Below, one piece after another: positions 8,950-16,244 of a stretch of 29,435 nt of DNA. The stretch spans positions 1-29,435 of the IMG/VR virus record IMGVR_UViG_3300043256_000148; one strand, written 5' to 3'. The notes below the pieces were generated by a model. That model made no database searches and was not told the DNA's origin. It saw only the letters and a program-made list of their open reading frames with translations. Position numbers and translations under genes: made by a program. How positions within the stretch are numbered: position 1 is the stretch's first letter; every line of letters starts with the position of its first letter. Origin of the DNA: a virus (lineage: Duplodnaviria > Caudoviricetes).

Positions 8950-9711
8950 CTAAAAGACCACGCTCGTCTCGTTCTTCACTACTTGCACAGCGAACACCAG
9001 ATCAGAGAACCCGCCCGACGTGGTGGTGCTAACCCGGAGGTAACGGTCCACGGTCTCGGTACGAGATGCCGTCTGTATCCGCTCTGCTTTGTTGGCCCCA
9101 CCAAGAACCGACACTTCGGTGAATGACATCAGGGTCACCGCCGAGAAATCAGAGGTGGAGTCCTCGATGGTGATGGTGGCGTCGGCGCCGGTGAAAGCGA
9201 AGACGTGCAGATAAGCCTGCGCGCCGAACAAGGTCTGACCGATGGTCGCCCCGTAATCCAAGGTGGCCCCGGCGGTGGCTCCTGTGTCGGTGCGTTTGCC
9301 AACTGTCAGCGACTCGCCCCATTCCAGACCAAAACCGTTGGCGAGAGCCTGAGTGGTGAACGTCAGCGACCCGTCGTTGCCCCGTGTCCCGTCGTAGTCG
9401 ATCTGTTTGCCGATCAATGATGCCACCTCATCGCCGATCGCCGTCGTCCGGTGGTAGTAGGTGACGATTCGATCGGCGGTAGGCAAGGTGGATAGCGTTG
9501 GATGAGCCTGGTCAGTGGCGACATTGAAGAACGCTTGAAACGACATGCCGCCATCTCTTTTGCCACCGAGCCGTTCTACTGCCGACTTGTCGATACCGGT
9601 CACAATGAGAGGCGATGGCCCCCCCTTGATGCCGTCCATCTGTCCAATGTCGCCAGAGAGGTCAGTGCCCGAAACGTAGAGAGCGGCACCAAGGCCAGAT
9701 GACTTAACCAT
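8950..9711 (-). CDS. Tail-tube paralogue with extra C-terminal beta domain (253 aa)
   Basis: N-terminal ~130 aa aligns by eye with 8082-8489 (VTGIDKSAxERL; FNxAxDQxH; TRxxDGSxTF). Confidence 0.65.
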   Translation of the reverse strand: MVKSSGLGAALYVSGTDLSGDIGQMDGIKGGPSPLIVTGIDKSAVERLGGKRDGGMSFQAFFNVATDQAHPTLSTLPTADRIVTYYHRTTAIGDEVASLIGKQIDYDGTRGNDGSLTFTTQALANGFGLEWGESLTVGKRTDTGATAGATLDYGATIGQTLFGAQAYLHVFAFTGADATITIEDSTSDFSAVTLMSFTEVSVLGGANKAERIQTASRTETVDRYLRVSTTTSGGFSDLVFAVQVVKNETSVVF

Positions 9712-9860
9712 CAGATTCCCTTCTGTCGGTTGACTCGCTCACCGCGAGTGTCGTGGATCTTCTTGATGATCTTGTCTTTGTCGAACCGACCTACAGAGAC
9801 ACGAAGCGACTCAGCGTAGGCCACCCATTTCTTCTTACTGTCTGTTGGTTTGGGTTGCAT
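9711..9860 (-). CDS. Small HeH/Rho-N-like protein (49 aa, MQPKPTDSKKKWVAYAESLRVSVGRFDKDKIIKKIHD...)
   Basis: My translation; not in the ORF track. GAGG RBS, TGATG overlap with the next gene, and similarity to 14485-14682. Confidence 0.7.
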   Translation of the reverse strand: MQPKPTDSKKKWVAYAESLRVSVGRFDKDKIIKKIHDTRGERVNRQKGI

Positions 9861-9870
9861 ATCAGTCCTC

Positions 9871-10329
9871 CTATGGAGCCTGAGTGAACACGTCGTTGAC
9901 GATTATCGGGATGGTGATATCCATCGAGCGGTACATGGTCTGGTCGATGGTGATGTAACCAGCTCGTGCTGATAGCGCCTCACCGGTCATGCCCAACAGA
10001 TCGATGTTGCGGACGTTGCCACCGAGCTCGAAGTCGCCGGAGAAGGCTTCCATAAGAGTATCGGTGGCGGCGATGATGGTGGGGTCAATCAATCCCTGTG
10101 GTTCCTGAAACCCTGGCAGGTAGATTCTCGCCATGATGGTCAAAACACCGGCAGATGTAGCCAGACCGCTTCCGGTGGGGACGGGTCCGAGCGTGGAAAC
10201 ATAGATCGCACAGTGAAGGTTGCCGCCAGGAGCCGACTTCGGTTCGTGAGTATTGACCGAATCAAATAGCCCCGATGCCTTGGCGTGGGACTCGATGGCA
10301 TTGAATAGGGTTTGCGCTCCGAAGGCCAT
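9871..10329 (-). CDS. Tail terminator / tail completion protein
   Basis: Size (152 aa) and position just before the tail tube genes. LFDSVNTHEPKSAPG motif. Confidence 0.65.
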   Translation of the reverse strand: MAFGAQTLFNAIESHAKASGLFDSVNTHEPKSAPGGNLHCAIYVSTLGPVPTGSGLATSAGVLTIMARIYLPGFQEPQGLIDPTIIAATDTLMEAFSGDFELGGNVRNIDLLGMTGEALSARAGYITIDQTMYRSMDITIPIIVNDVFTQAP

Positions 10330-10742
10330 CAGTCACCCAACTTATGTATCAGTTGGCGAAAGGTTGAAATCACGGTCTGGTGAGCCAACTTCTCCATGCG
10401 TTGGGAGGCTTTGCGCCAGTGTGTGTAGCCCTTGAACCTGGTCACCGGAGCGTTGCGAGAGCCGGTGCCAGCTAACCAGGGACCGTAGATCACACCAGAG
10501 TCATGGACTACCACATCAGGAAGGGTTCGACCCACACCAGATCGTACCGTCGATGAAATCTGAGAACGGTAGAACCCGGTCGGGTTTTGGAGTACCACGT
10601 CGAGCTCCTGTTGAACAGCATCCTCGGCCAAGTTGGCAATCAATGCCAGGTTGGCCTTCATGTACTCATCGAGGATTATCGGTGCTCGACCTTCCAGTAA
10701 TGGACCGGAGAATTCGACCAGTTCATGTGTTCCTGCTGCCAT
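10329..10742 (-). CDS. HK97 gp10-like neck protein
   Basis: PTGFYRSQI...VIYGPWLAGTG...FKGY pattern resembles gp10-like TG.LR.SI / Y...E.GT motifs. Confidence 0.6.
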   Translation of the reverse strand: MAAGTHELVEFSGPLLEGRAPIILDEYMKANLALIANLAEDAVQQELDVVLQNPTGFYRSQISSTVRSGVGRTLPDVVVHDSGVIYGPWLAGTGSRNAPVTRFKGYTHWRKASQRMEKLAHQTVISTFRQLIHKLGD

Positions 10743-10744
10743 GA

Positions 10745-11758
10745 CTACACCGCCACCAGGCGACGCCGCTTGTAGATGCCGGCCATCTTGCGGGCATCCT
10801 TGAGGCCTGCGCCACTGGCCTCACGTTGCCCCTCACCAGAGCCTACGGTACGACCGTAGGCCGACTGCTCCTGCTGGAACAGGACCAAGGCTTCAGCGAT
10901 GCACAGGCTGGTGATCGGTGCCGGTGGGGCGTTCTTGGTGAGGGCAGCAGCATTGGAGTGAGTGGCGGCAGTGGTGCCGACCGATCCACGTTCTACGGTC
11001 AACCTGCGTGGGGCCCATACGTTGATCCCGGTGGAATGAGCGGCCAGAGTGGAGCCGTCCCAGGCTCGCTTCACGGTGAGGTCGTTGGACGAGATCGAGA
11101 TGGTCTTCATCCGTTCCGAATCCAAGGTGAGAACTTCACCAGCTTTGACCTGAGTGGCATCGTCCAGGGTCACCGTCTCGTCAGAGACATCGGCGGTCAG
11201 GGTGTCGTTGAGGTCGGCGGTAGTGTCCAGTAGGACTGCCTCGGTTACCACCATTTGCTCAGAGTCGGCAAGGATCATGTCACCGGGTCCGACCAGCGAT
11301 GAGTCGGTGACATCAACTTCGGTCTCGGATGTGTCGAGGGCTTCGGCTAAGGCACCTGCTGGAGTGGTGTCAGCGGAGTACCCCCATACCCCAGTGAGGA
11401 CTATGGTCTGACCCGTTAGCGAAACCCATGAGTAGGGAGATCCATATTGTGGGGGCCACAGGTCGATATCACCCACGGTCTGCGATGCGTCGTCCACTGT
11501 GGCCGCGGTCAGGGAACGTAGGTCTCGTTCCATGAAGAACCCTGAGCCGTACCCGGAGGCAATGACTGACAACTCAGGTGACTCAAAAGTGACGGCTTCG
11601 GTGAGAGGGTAGAAGTGGCGGTGATAGGTCTGGTCAATGCCACGAGAAGCAGATTGCAGGATACGGTCGATGGTCGCCGACAGGTTTGCGGGAGTATGAA
11701 TATCCGCAGCAGTCATAAACGCCTGACGAGAGACGTAAGTAGGCAGCACCATCATCAA
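10745..11758 (-). CDS. Head-to-tail adaptor with large internal insertion
   Basis: N-terminal Y..R....ILQSASRGIDQTYHRHFYP, VLTGVWGY, and C-terminal PAPITSLCIAEA are adaptor-like. The middle contains duplicated beta domains. Exact start among TTG/ATG/ATG is uncertain. Confidence 0.7.
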   Translation of the reverse strand: MMMVLPTYVSRQAFMTAADIHTPANLSATIDRILQSASRGIDQTYHRHFYPLTEAVTFESPELSVIASGYGSGFFMERDLRSLTAATVDDASQTVGDIDLWPPQYGSPYSWVSLTGQTIVLTGVWGYSADTTPAGALAEALDTSETEVDVTDSSLVGPGDMILADSEQMVVTEAVLLDTTADLNDTLTADVSDETVTLDDATQVKAGEVLTLDSERMKTISISSNDLTVKRAWDGSTLAAHSTGINVWAPRRLTVERGSVGTTAATHSNAAALTKNAPPAPITSLCIAEALVLFQQEQSAYGRTVGSGEGQREASGAGLKDARKMAGIYKRRRLVAV

Positions 11759-11791
11759 TCCTTGCTTTCTCGGATCTGCTTATCGACTTAG

Positions 11792-11811
11792 ACCTTACCA
11801 GAATTTGGCAG
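11792..11811 (-). promoter_or_regulatory. Putative late-promoter motif, copy 3 (CTGCCAAATTCTGGTAAGGT)
   Basis: Intergenic, upstream of the adaptor gene. Similar to the copies at 18480 and 19793. Confidence 0.55.
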
Positions 11812-11820
11812 AGGAAGGAA

Positions 11821-12507
11821 CTATATGATGCCGAGCAGTAGCGGATCTCGCCAAGTTTGGAGTTCCAAACCGGCTTGGGCCACCTCAGCGGGTGTGAGGG
11901 CCGGTGGCCGCCAGAGGACCACATCGAAAACATCAACAGCGGAATAGTTGCCGGGGCTGCTCGACGCCCCAATATTCAAGGTGAGGGCGTTAGCGAGGGT
12001 GACTGTTGTCGCGTCAGTAGTCGGCGATCCCGAACCTACTCCATCAACGAACACTTCGATGTCGTCGTCGCCCGTGTTCCGCACACCAGCGGCAACAAAT
12101 ATCACGTCATTGATAAGAGATGCGCCTTTGGCGTCATTGGATGACACAGCCCCGTCAGCAATCCGGAAGTTCATGGTACCAGTGGTGGCTAGCATGATGT
12201 TATAACCCGCTCCTGCACCGGTTGTCCCTAATTTCTTCGCTAACAGAATGGAGTCGCTAGCCGGAGTCACGTCCGCAGTCCTAGCTCTCACCATCACCGT
12301 CAGGTCGTCAGTTTCGGCGAAGTCGAGACCAGCAGCGTCAGCAACAGTGAAATGGTCGGTCCCATTAAGAGTGAAATAGGTATCGTTGAAGGTGGGCGAA
12401 CTGACCGGGGTGGCATCGTGGCCGTTGCCCGACTCGTCCAGCCAGTTACCCGATCCCGAATAGTTCTTTGCCCGTAGCAGCAGCTCGCCGCGGCCGATGA
12501 CGCTCAC
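11821..12507 (-). CDS. LamG/concanavalin-A-like domain protein
   Basis: WLDESGNGHDAT, DLTVMVRAR, IEVFVDGV, LNIGA and DVVLWRPPALTPAEV are LamG-like jelly-roll motifs. Confidence 0.8.
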   Translation of the reverse strand: MSVIGRGELLLRAKNYSGSGNWLDESGNGHDATPVSSPTFNDTYFTLNGTDHFTVADAAGLDFAETDDLTVMVRARTADVTPASDSILLAKKLGTTGAGAGYNIMLATTGTMNFRIADGAVSSNDAKGASLINDVIFVAAGVRNTGDDDIEVFVDGVGSGSPTTDATTVTLANALTLNIGASSSPGNYSAVDVFDVVLWRPPALTPAEVAQAGLELQTWRDPLLLGII

Positions 12508-13316
12508 AGATAAATGCCCTCGCTGAAGTGAGTGACCTGACCCCCAAGATCGATGGTGTCAGGACCCGCATCTTTGAACACAGCGTTGCTGAGGTCGAGA
12601 CCATCTACTGGTCCGACCGCTTTGATGACAACATGAGGATCTGATCCGACCTGCCACGCACCGTAAGTACCAGCGAACCGGAAGCCATATCCTTCGATTT
12701 CAAACCCGGTGCCGTGTCCAACATCGCCGTGCCATACTTGGAAAGTGACCGAGCGAAGCGGGTCCGTATGTCCCGGGCTGAGACGCAACACCTGATCCAG
12801 TCCGGCGTTGGATTGGGGATCGCCGGTCGACGGCCCGATGTTGCCCTGGACGTACCAGGCGTTGCCGGCGTCCATGATGTGAGTCCGATTCCGCCACCAG
12901 AGGCAACGGTGAAAAGAGGCTGTATTGCAGAACGATCCCGGTCGTCGGCCCTGTACTCCGACAAGATTGCGGACTATGTGAACGTCGGTCAAGGCGGGGA
13001 TTTCCGCGGCGTCCAGGTCAACACCGAGAGCAGTGGCGTTGAATTCAGAGATGCCACCCACATACACGTTATGGATTTGAGGGAACAGCACACCACGAGC
13101 GTCGATGAGTGTGCCTGTAAATTGCGGCTCGCCGTCGGCTTTCCAATGCCGCACCTGCACATCCTTCAATTGCGACCGATCAGAGAACGTGATGAATGAC
13201 CCGTCCAGCGTCGTCGGGAACAGTCGAGTTTGGCCTACTCCCGCGCCCCGGTAGGTACGTTCCGGGTCAAGGGTGAATGGATCAAGATAATGATCCCCAG
13301 ATCCCCAATCAGTCAT
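12504..13316 (-). CDS. Putative beta-helix (pectin-lyase-like) protein, 270 aa
   Basis: YRGAGVGQTRL entry motif and repeated short beta strands. GAGGAG RBS before ATG at 13316. Confidence 0.5.
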   Translation of the reverse strand: MTDWGSGDHYLDPFTLDPERTYRGAGVGQTRLFPTTLDGSFITFSDRSQLKDVQVRHWKADGEPQFTGTLIDARGVLFPQIHNVYVGGISEFNATALGVDLDAAEIPALTDVHIVRNLVGVQGRRPGSFCNTASFHRCLWWRNRTHIMDAGNAWYVQGNIGPSTGDPQSNAGLDQVLRLSPGHTDPLRSVTFQVWHGDVGHGTGFEIEGYGFRFAGTYGAWQVGSDPHVVIKAVGPVDGLDLSNAVFKDAGPDTIDLGGQVTHFSEGIYL

Positions 13317-13356
13317 GATTCTCCTCACTTTCCAAGCCGTTTCGCGGATGCGCCAC

Positions 13357-13716
13357 CTACTTTCCCCAAGCGACAAAGAGGACGATTTGTCCTACCTTGG
13401 CATCTCCCGCATTAGCAATGGTCACCGTACAGGTGCCTTCGTGATAGACGTGTGTGGTGGCTAGACCACCAGCCAATAACACATGCTCGGTGTTGGTGTC
13501 ATCCCGGTCGGCTCCCTGACCGTTGAGAAGGTCGAGTCCGAATTCGTCTATCACTGTCACGTCGTAGTTGTCGTCGGGAGCGGTGGCACCAGGGTCGGTG
13601 ATGAGACGAACGATCACTCCATCAATCTCAACTGACTGGGTGGCATCTCCCGAGGACGATGTCCAGTCAACGGTGATCCTGCGTAGTTTGTTGGAACCTC
13701 CGTATGTAACAGCCAT
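13357..13716 (-). CDS. Virion-associated beta-sandwich protein (119 aa)
   Basis: TDPGATAPDDNYDVTVIDEFGLDLLNGQG. Lies in the post-capsid cluster. Confidence 0.65.
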   Translation of the reverse strand: MAVTYGGSNKLRRITVDWTSSSGDATQSVEIDGVIVRLITDPGATAPDDNYDVTVIDEFGLDLLNGQGADRDDTNTEHVLLAGGLATTHVYHEGTCTVTIANAGDAKVGQIVLFVAWGK

Positions 13717-13719
13717 CAG

Positions 13720-13944
13720 CTAATCCTTTGGTAGATTGGGTGAACGGTAGTGCTTGGCTCCCCAACGTGGACAATTCCAGACTTTTCCATTGGTCTCCAG
13801 CACTTCGCCACAGACCGGACAGTCAACCCGATCCTGCGGCTTGAGTCGTCCATCGATAACGGCCTGCAAAGAATCCCACCCGCCGGTGACCAAGGTGGTA
13901 CCACCAAATCCTTGGGAGAACCCGGAGGAGAATCCGCCGCTCAT
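13720..13944 (-). CDS. Small Zn-ribbon protein with N-terminal GFSSGFSQGFG motif
   Basis: CPVCGE...WNCPRWG..H. ATGA overlap. Confidence 0.7.
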   Translation of the reverse strand: MSGGFSSGFSQGFGGTTLVTGGWDSLQAVIDGRLKPQDRVDCPVCGEVLETNGKVWNCPRWGAKHYRSPNLPKD

Positions 13945-14492
13945 GTCGGCATCGTCATCGCTTGGATATTGGCTACTTCAAGGGTCACATTGTTGGAACC
14001 AGTGGCGTTCCGCACCCACAAGCTCAGGTAGTCGCCAGTGGAGAGTGTGGTGACCAGATGGAGTGCAGTCGAACCAACGTCGGCGCCAGTTCCGATCTTG
14101 CGTTGTACTTCCGACGCCTCATCAGTGGTCCCGGTTTTCCCGATCCGCCAGTGTGTCACCTGATTGTTCGAGCCAGAGGTCATCGAAATGGTGCAGGCGA
14201 CATGCATCACAAGCGGCACGATGCCGGTATAAGTGAGACGTCCATCCCCGCCGGACTCATCAAAGAAGTGTGCCCCTGATGATAGGGTCCATGTCGGGTT
14301 TGTCGCTTCAAAATAGGAGGATGTGTCGGAGATAGTGATGGCGGCAGCATCACCTGCGGCGACATAGATTTGACCATGACCGTTTCGCCATGACACAAAG
14401 GCATCCCGAATGTCCTGTTCGCTGATCTGCCCGTTGGAGTTGTCGGTAAGCAGGGCGAGGATCGCCGAAACAGAGCGCTGCGTGTCAGCCAT
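13941..14492 (-). CDS. Putative head fibre/decoration protein with C1q/BclA-like C-terminal beta domain
   Basis: N-terminal DNSNGQISEQDIRD. C-terminal LTYTG...LSTGDYLSLWVRNATGSNNVT is typical of TNF/C1q-like jelly rolls. Confidence 0.55.
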   Translation of the reverse strand: MADTQRSVSAILALLTDNSNGQISEQDIRDAFVSWRNGHGQIYVAAGDAAAITISDTSSYFEATNPTWTLSSGAHFFDESGGDGRLTYTGIVPLVMHVACTISMTSGSNNQVTHWRIGKTGTTDEASEVQRKIGTGADVGSTALHLVTTLSTGDYLSLWVRNATGSNNVTLEVANIQAMTMPT

Positions 14493-14682
14493 TGGTCACC
14501 CTGGCGATGATCTGGCCTTTGGTACCGGTAGCATCCACCCCAAGAGACTTGGCGTAGGCCACCCACACTGATTTGAGCGCCGACCGCGGCGGCGGTACCT
14601 CGGGCTCAGGCGCTCGTGGTGGTACCTGAGCCACGATATCGAAGCGGCTGGTAGGTGCTCGGAGGCGGTGAATCTTCGGCAT
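14485..14682 (-). CDS. Small HeH/Rho-N-like protein (65 aa)
   Basis: PPRSALKSVWVAYAKSLGVDATGTKGQIIARV motif. Confidence 0.65.
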   Translation of the reverse strand: MPKIHRLRAPTSRFDIVAQVPPRAPEPEVPPPRSALKSVWVAYAKSLGVDATGTKGQIIARVTNG

Positions 14683-15125
14683 CAGGTTGTGTTATCGGTA
14701 GCAGCGGTGAAGTACATCTCGGACCATTGCGACCCATCGTAGACCAGAATGAGTGTCCCTCCCGGGGCCACCGCCCGTTGTGCCGCCGCCAGGTTGATAA
14801 CGTCATCATCGAAGGTGATGGTGTTCGTCGCCGGGATGTGAATGAACAGAACATCTCCGGCCTGTACTCCGGACATGACAATCGAATCCACCTGATCGGC
14901 AGCATCCGTTTCAGGCTGAGGGTCCACGAACGAACCGGTCACAGTGAGCACACCGGTGGCGATGGTCGGAGTAGTCAACGGGCTGAATCCAAAGAACTTA
15001 TCGATCTGAACTCGGTTATCTGCTGGGTCGAAGGTCAGTAGATCGACGTTGTTGGACTTGGATCGAAAGGCCAATGCACCAACCGAACTGATCTTGGAAC
15101 CGACCAGGCTGTTGAACCGTCCCAT
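14682..15125 (-). CDS. Virion accessory protein, tandem paralogue B (147 aa)
   Basis: About 84% identical to 15125-15565 by my count. LILVYDGSQWSE end motif. Confidence 0.85.
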   Translation of the reverse strand: MGRFNSLVGSKISSVGALAFRSKSNNVDLLTFDPADNRVQIDKFFGFSPLTTPTIATGVLTVTGSFVDPQPETDAADQVDSIVMSGVQAGDVLFIHIPATNTITFDDDVINLAAAQRAVAPGGTLILVYDGSQWSEMYFTAATDNTT

Positions 15126-15565
15126 TAGGTGTTATCAGTGGCAGCAGTGAAGAACATTTCCGACCACTGAGTACCGTCGTACACCAGGAGGATTGAACCT
15201 CCTGGAGCCACAGCTCGTGTCGCCGCCGCCAGGTTGATAGAAGCGTCATCAAAGGTGATGGTATTGGTGGCCGGGACATGGATAAACAGCAGGTCACCAA
15301 CCTGGACCCCGGACATAGAAATGGAGTCCACCGTGTCGGTAGTGCTGGTCTGTGGCTGAGGGTCGACAAAAGACCCGGTCACAGTGAGCACACCGGTGGC
15401 GATGGTCGGAGTAGTCAGGGTGCCGAATCCGAAGAACTTGTCGATCTGGACCCGATTGTCTGCTGGGTCGAATTGGAGAAGGTCAACGCTATTGGTCTTG
15501 GACCGGAATGCTAGGGCCCCAACTGAGCTGATCTTGCTTCCGACTCTGCTTACAAATCTTCCCAT
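15125..15565 (-). CDS. Virion accessory protein, tandem paralogue A (146 aa)
   Basis: AAGGAG RBS. Paralogue of the adjacent gene. Confidence 0.85.
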   Translation of the reverse strand: MGRFVSRVGSKISSVGALAFRSKTNSVDLLQFDPADNRVQIDKFFGFGTLTTPTIATGVLTVTGSFVDPQPQTSTTDTVDSISMSGVQVGDLLFIHVPATNTITFDDASINLAAATRAVAPGGSILLVYDGTQWSEMFFTAATDNT

Positions 15566-15637
15566 GTTTCACTCCTTGTTCCAGGTGAGTGGTAGGCCGG
15601 AGCCAGGGGGCAACCCCGACCTATCCGTTGCTGTGGT

Positions 15638-16144
15638 TTACGCGTTTGGCTGCACCAGGTTCTGTGGACTTCTCTGCACCTTGAGGTTGTGCATGATGGC
15701 AAAGACACAGCCGATGTGGGCGGTGCTGAGTGAAGCGACATCAACCGACACCCATTCGTAGCCATCGCTCAACTGCTCGGCGCGAACTTTGAACGCCACG
15801 ATCACCTGATTGGCGTCGTCCCAAGTGGCGTCGGTGACTTCCGATGCTGCGGTCTGAGTGACCCGTGTCCAGGTCTCGTCACCATCGAGGATGGCTTCCT
15901 CTTTCTTCCAGTACTCATCGATGATGTCGAGGTCTTGAGAGGTCCCACCGGTCAGGGCGTTTGCCTCTTTCAGGTCAAAGACCGGATTCTCCGCACTGGT
16001 GCCGGTTGTTATGTAGCCGACAAAGGTGACCGCTCCGTAGTTCTTCAGGTGGATTCGGTGGCCGGTGTTGGTCCCGTCTGCAATGTCGACGGGAACGATT
16101 ACCGATCCGATGTCGAAGTTGGCTCCGAGTCCTAGATTGCTCAT
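15638..16144 (-). CDS. Putative capsid decoration/cement protein (168 aa)
   Basis: First gene after the major capsid. IHLKNYGAVTFV...VRAEQLSDGYEWVSV beta-sandwich. AAAGGA RBS. Confidence 0.6.
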   Translation of the reverse strand: MSNLGLGANFDIGSVIVPVDIADGTNTGHRIHLKNYGAVTFVGYITTGTSAENPVFDLKEANALTGGTSQDLDIIDEYWKKEEAILDGDETWTRVTQTAASEVTDATWDDANQVIVAFKVRAEQLSDGYEWVSVDVASLSTAHIGCVFAIMHNLKVQRSPQNLVQPNA

Positions 16145-16189
16145 GTTCTATTCCTTTCTGAGAGGGTGTTAATGCCCCCAGGGTTTCGA

Positions 16190-16228
16190 GGGTGGCGGGG
16201 TCCCCGTTAACCGGGTCTGCCGCCACCC
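16190..16228 (-). terminator. GC-rich stem-loop after the major capsid gene
   Basis: GGGTGGCGG...CCGCCACCC 9-bp inverted repeat with no U-tract. Could be a terminator, attenuator or mRNA-stabilising hairpin. Confidence 0.5.
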
Positions 16229-16244
16229 ACTAGGTTGTCAATTG

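Larger units (their letters stand above)
14682..15565. repeat. Tandem gene duplication (~441-bp unit) with a 43-bp identical core
   Basis: CCGGTCACAGTGAGCACACCGGTGGCGATGGTCGGAGTAGTCA is identical at 14935-14977 and 15375-15417. The rest differs mostly at synonymous sites. Confidence 0.9.

Noticed and set aside
14682-15565. Diversity-generating retroelement TR/VR pair
   Set aside because: Differences are not adenine-specific, are mostly synonymous and span whole genes. Both copies are intact ORFs and no reverse transcriptase is in the window.
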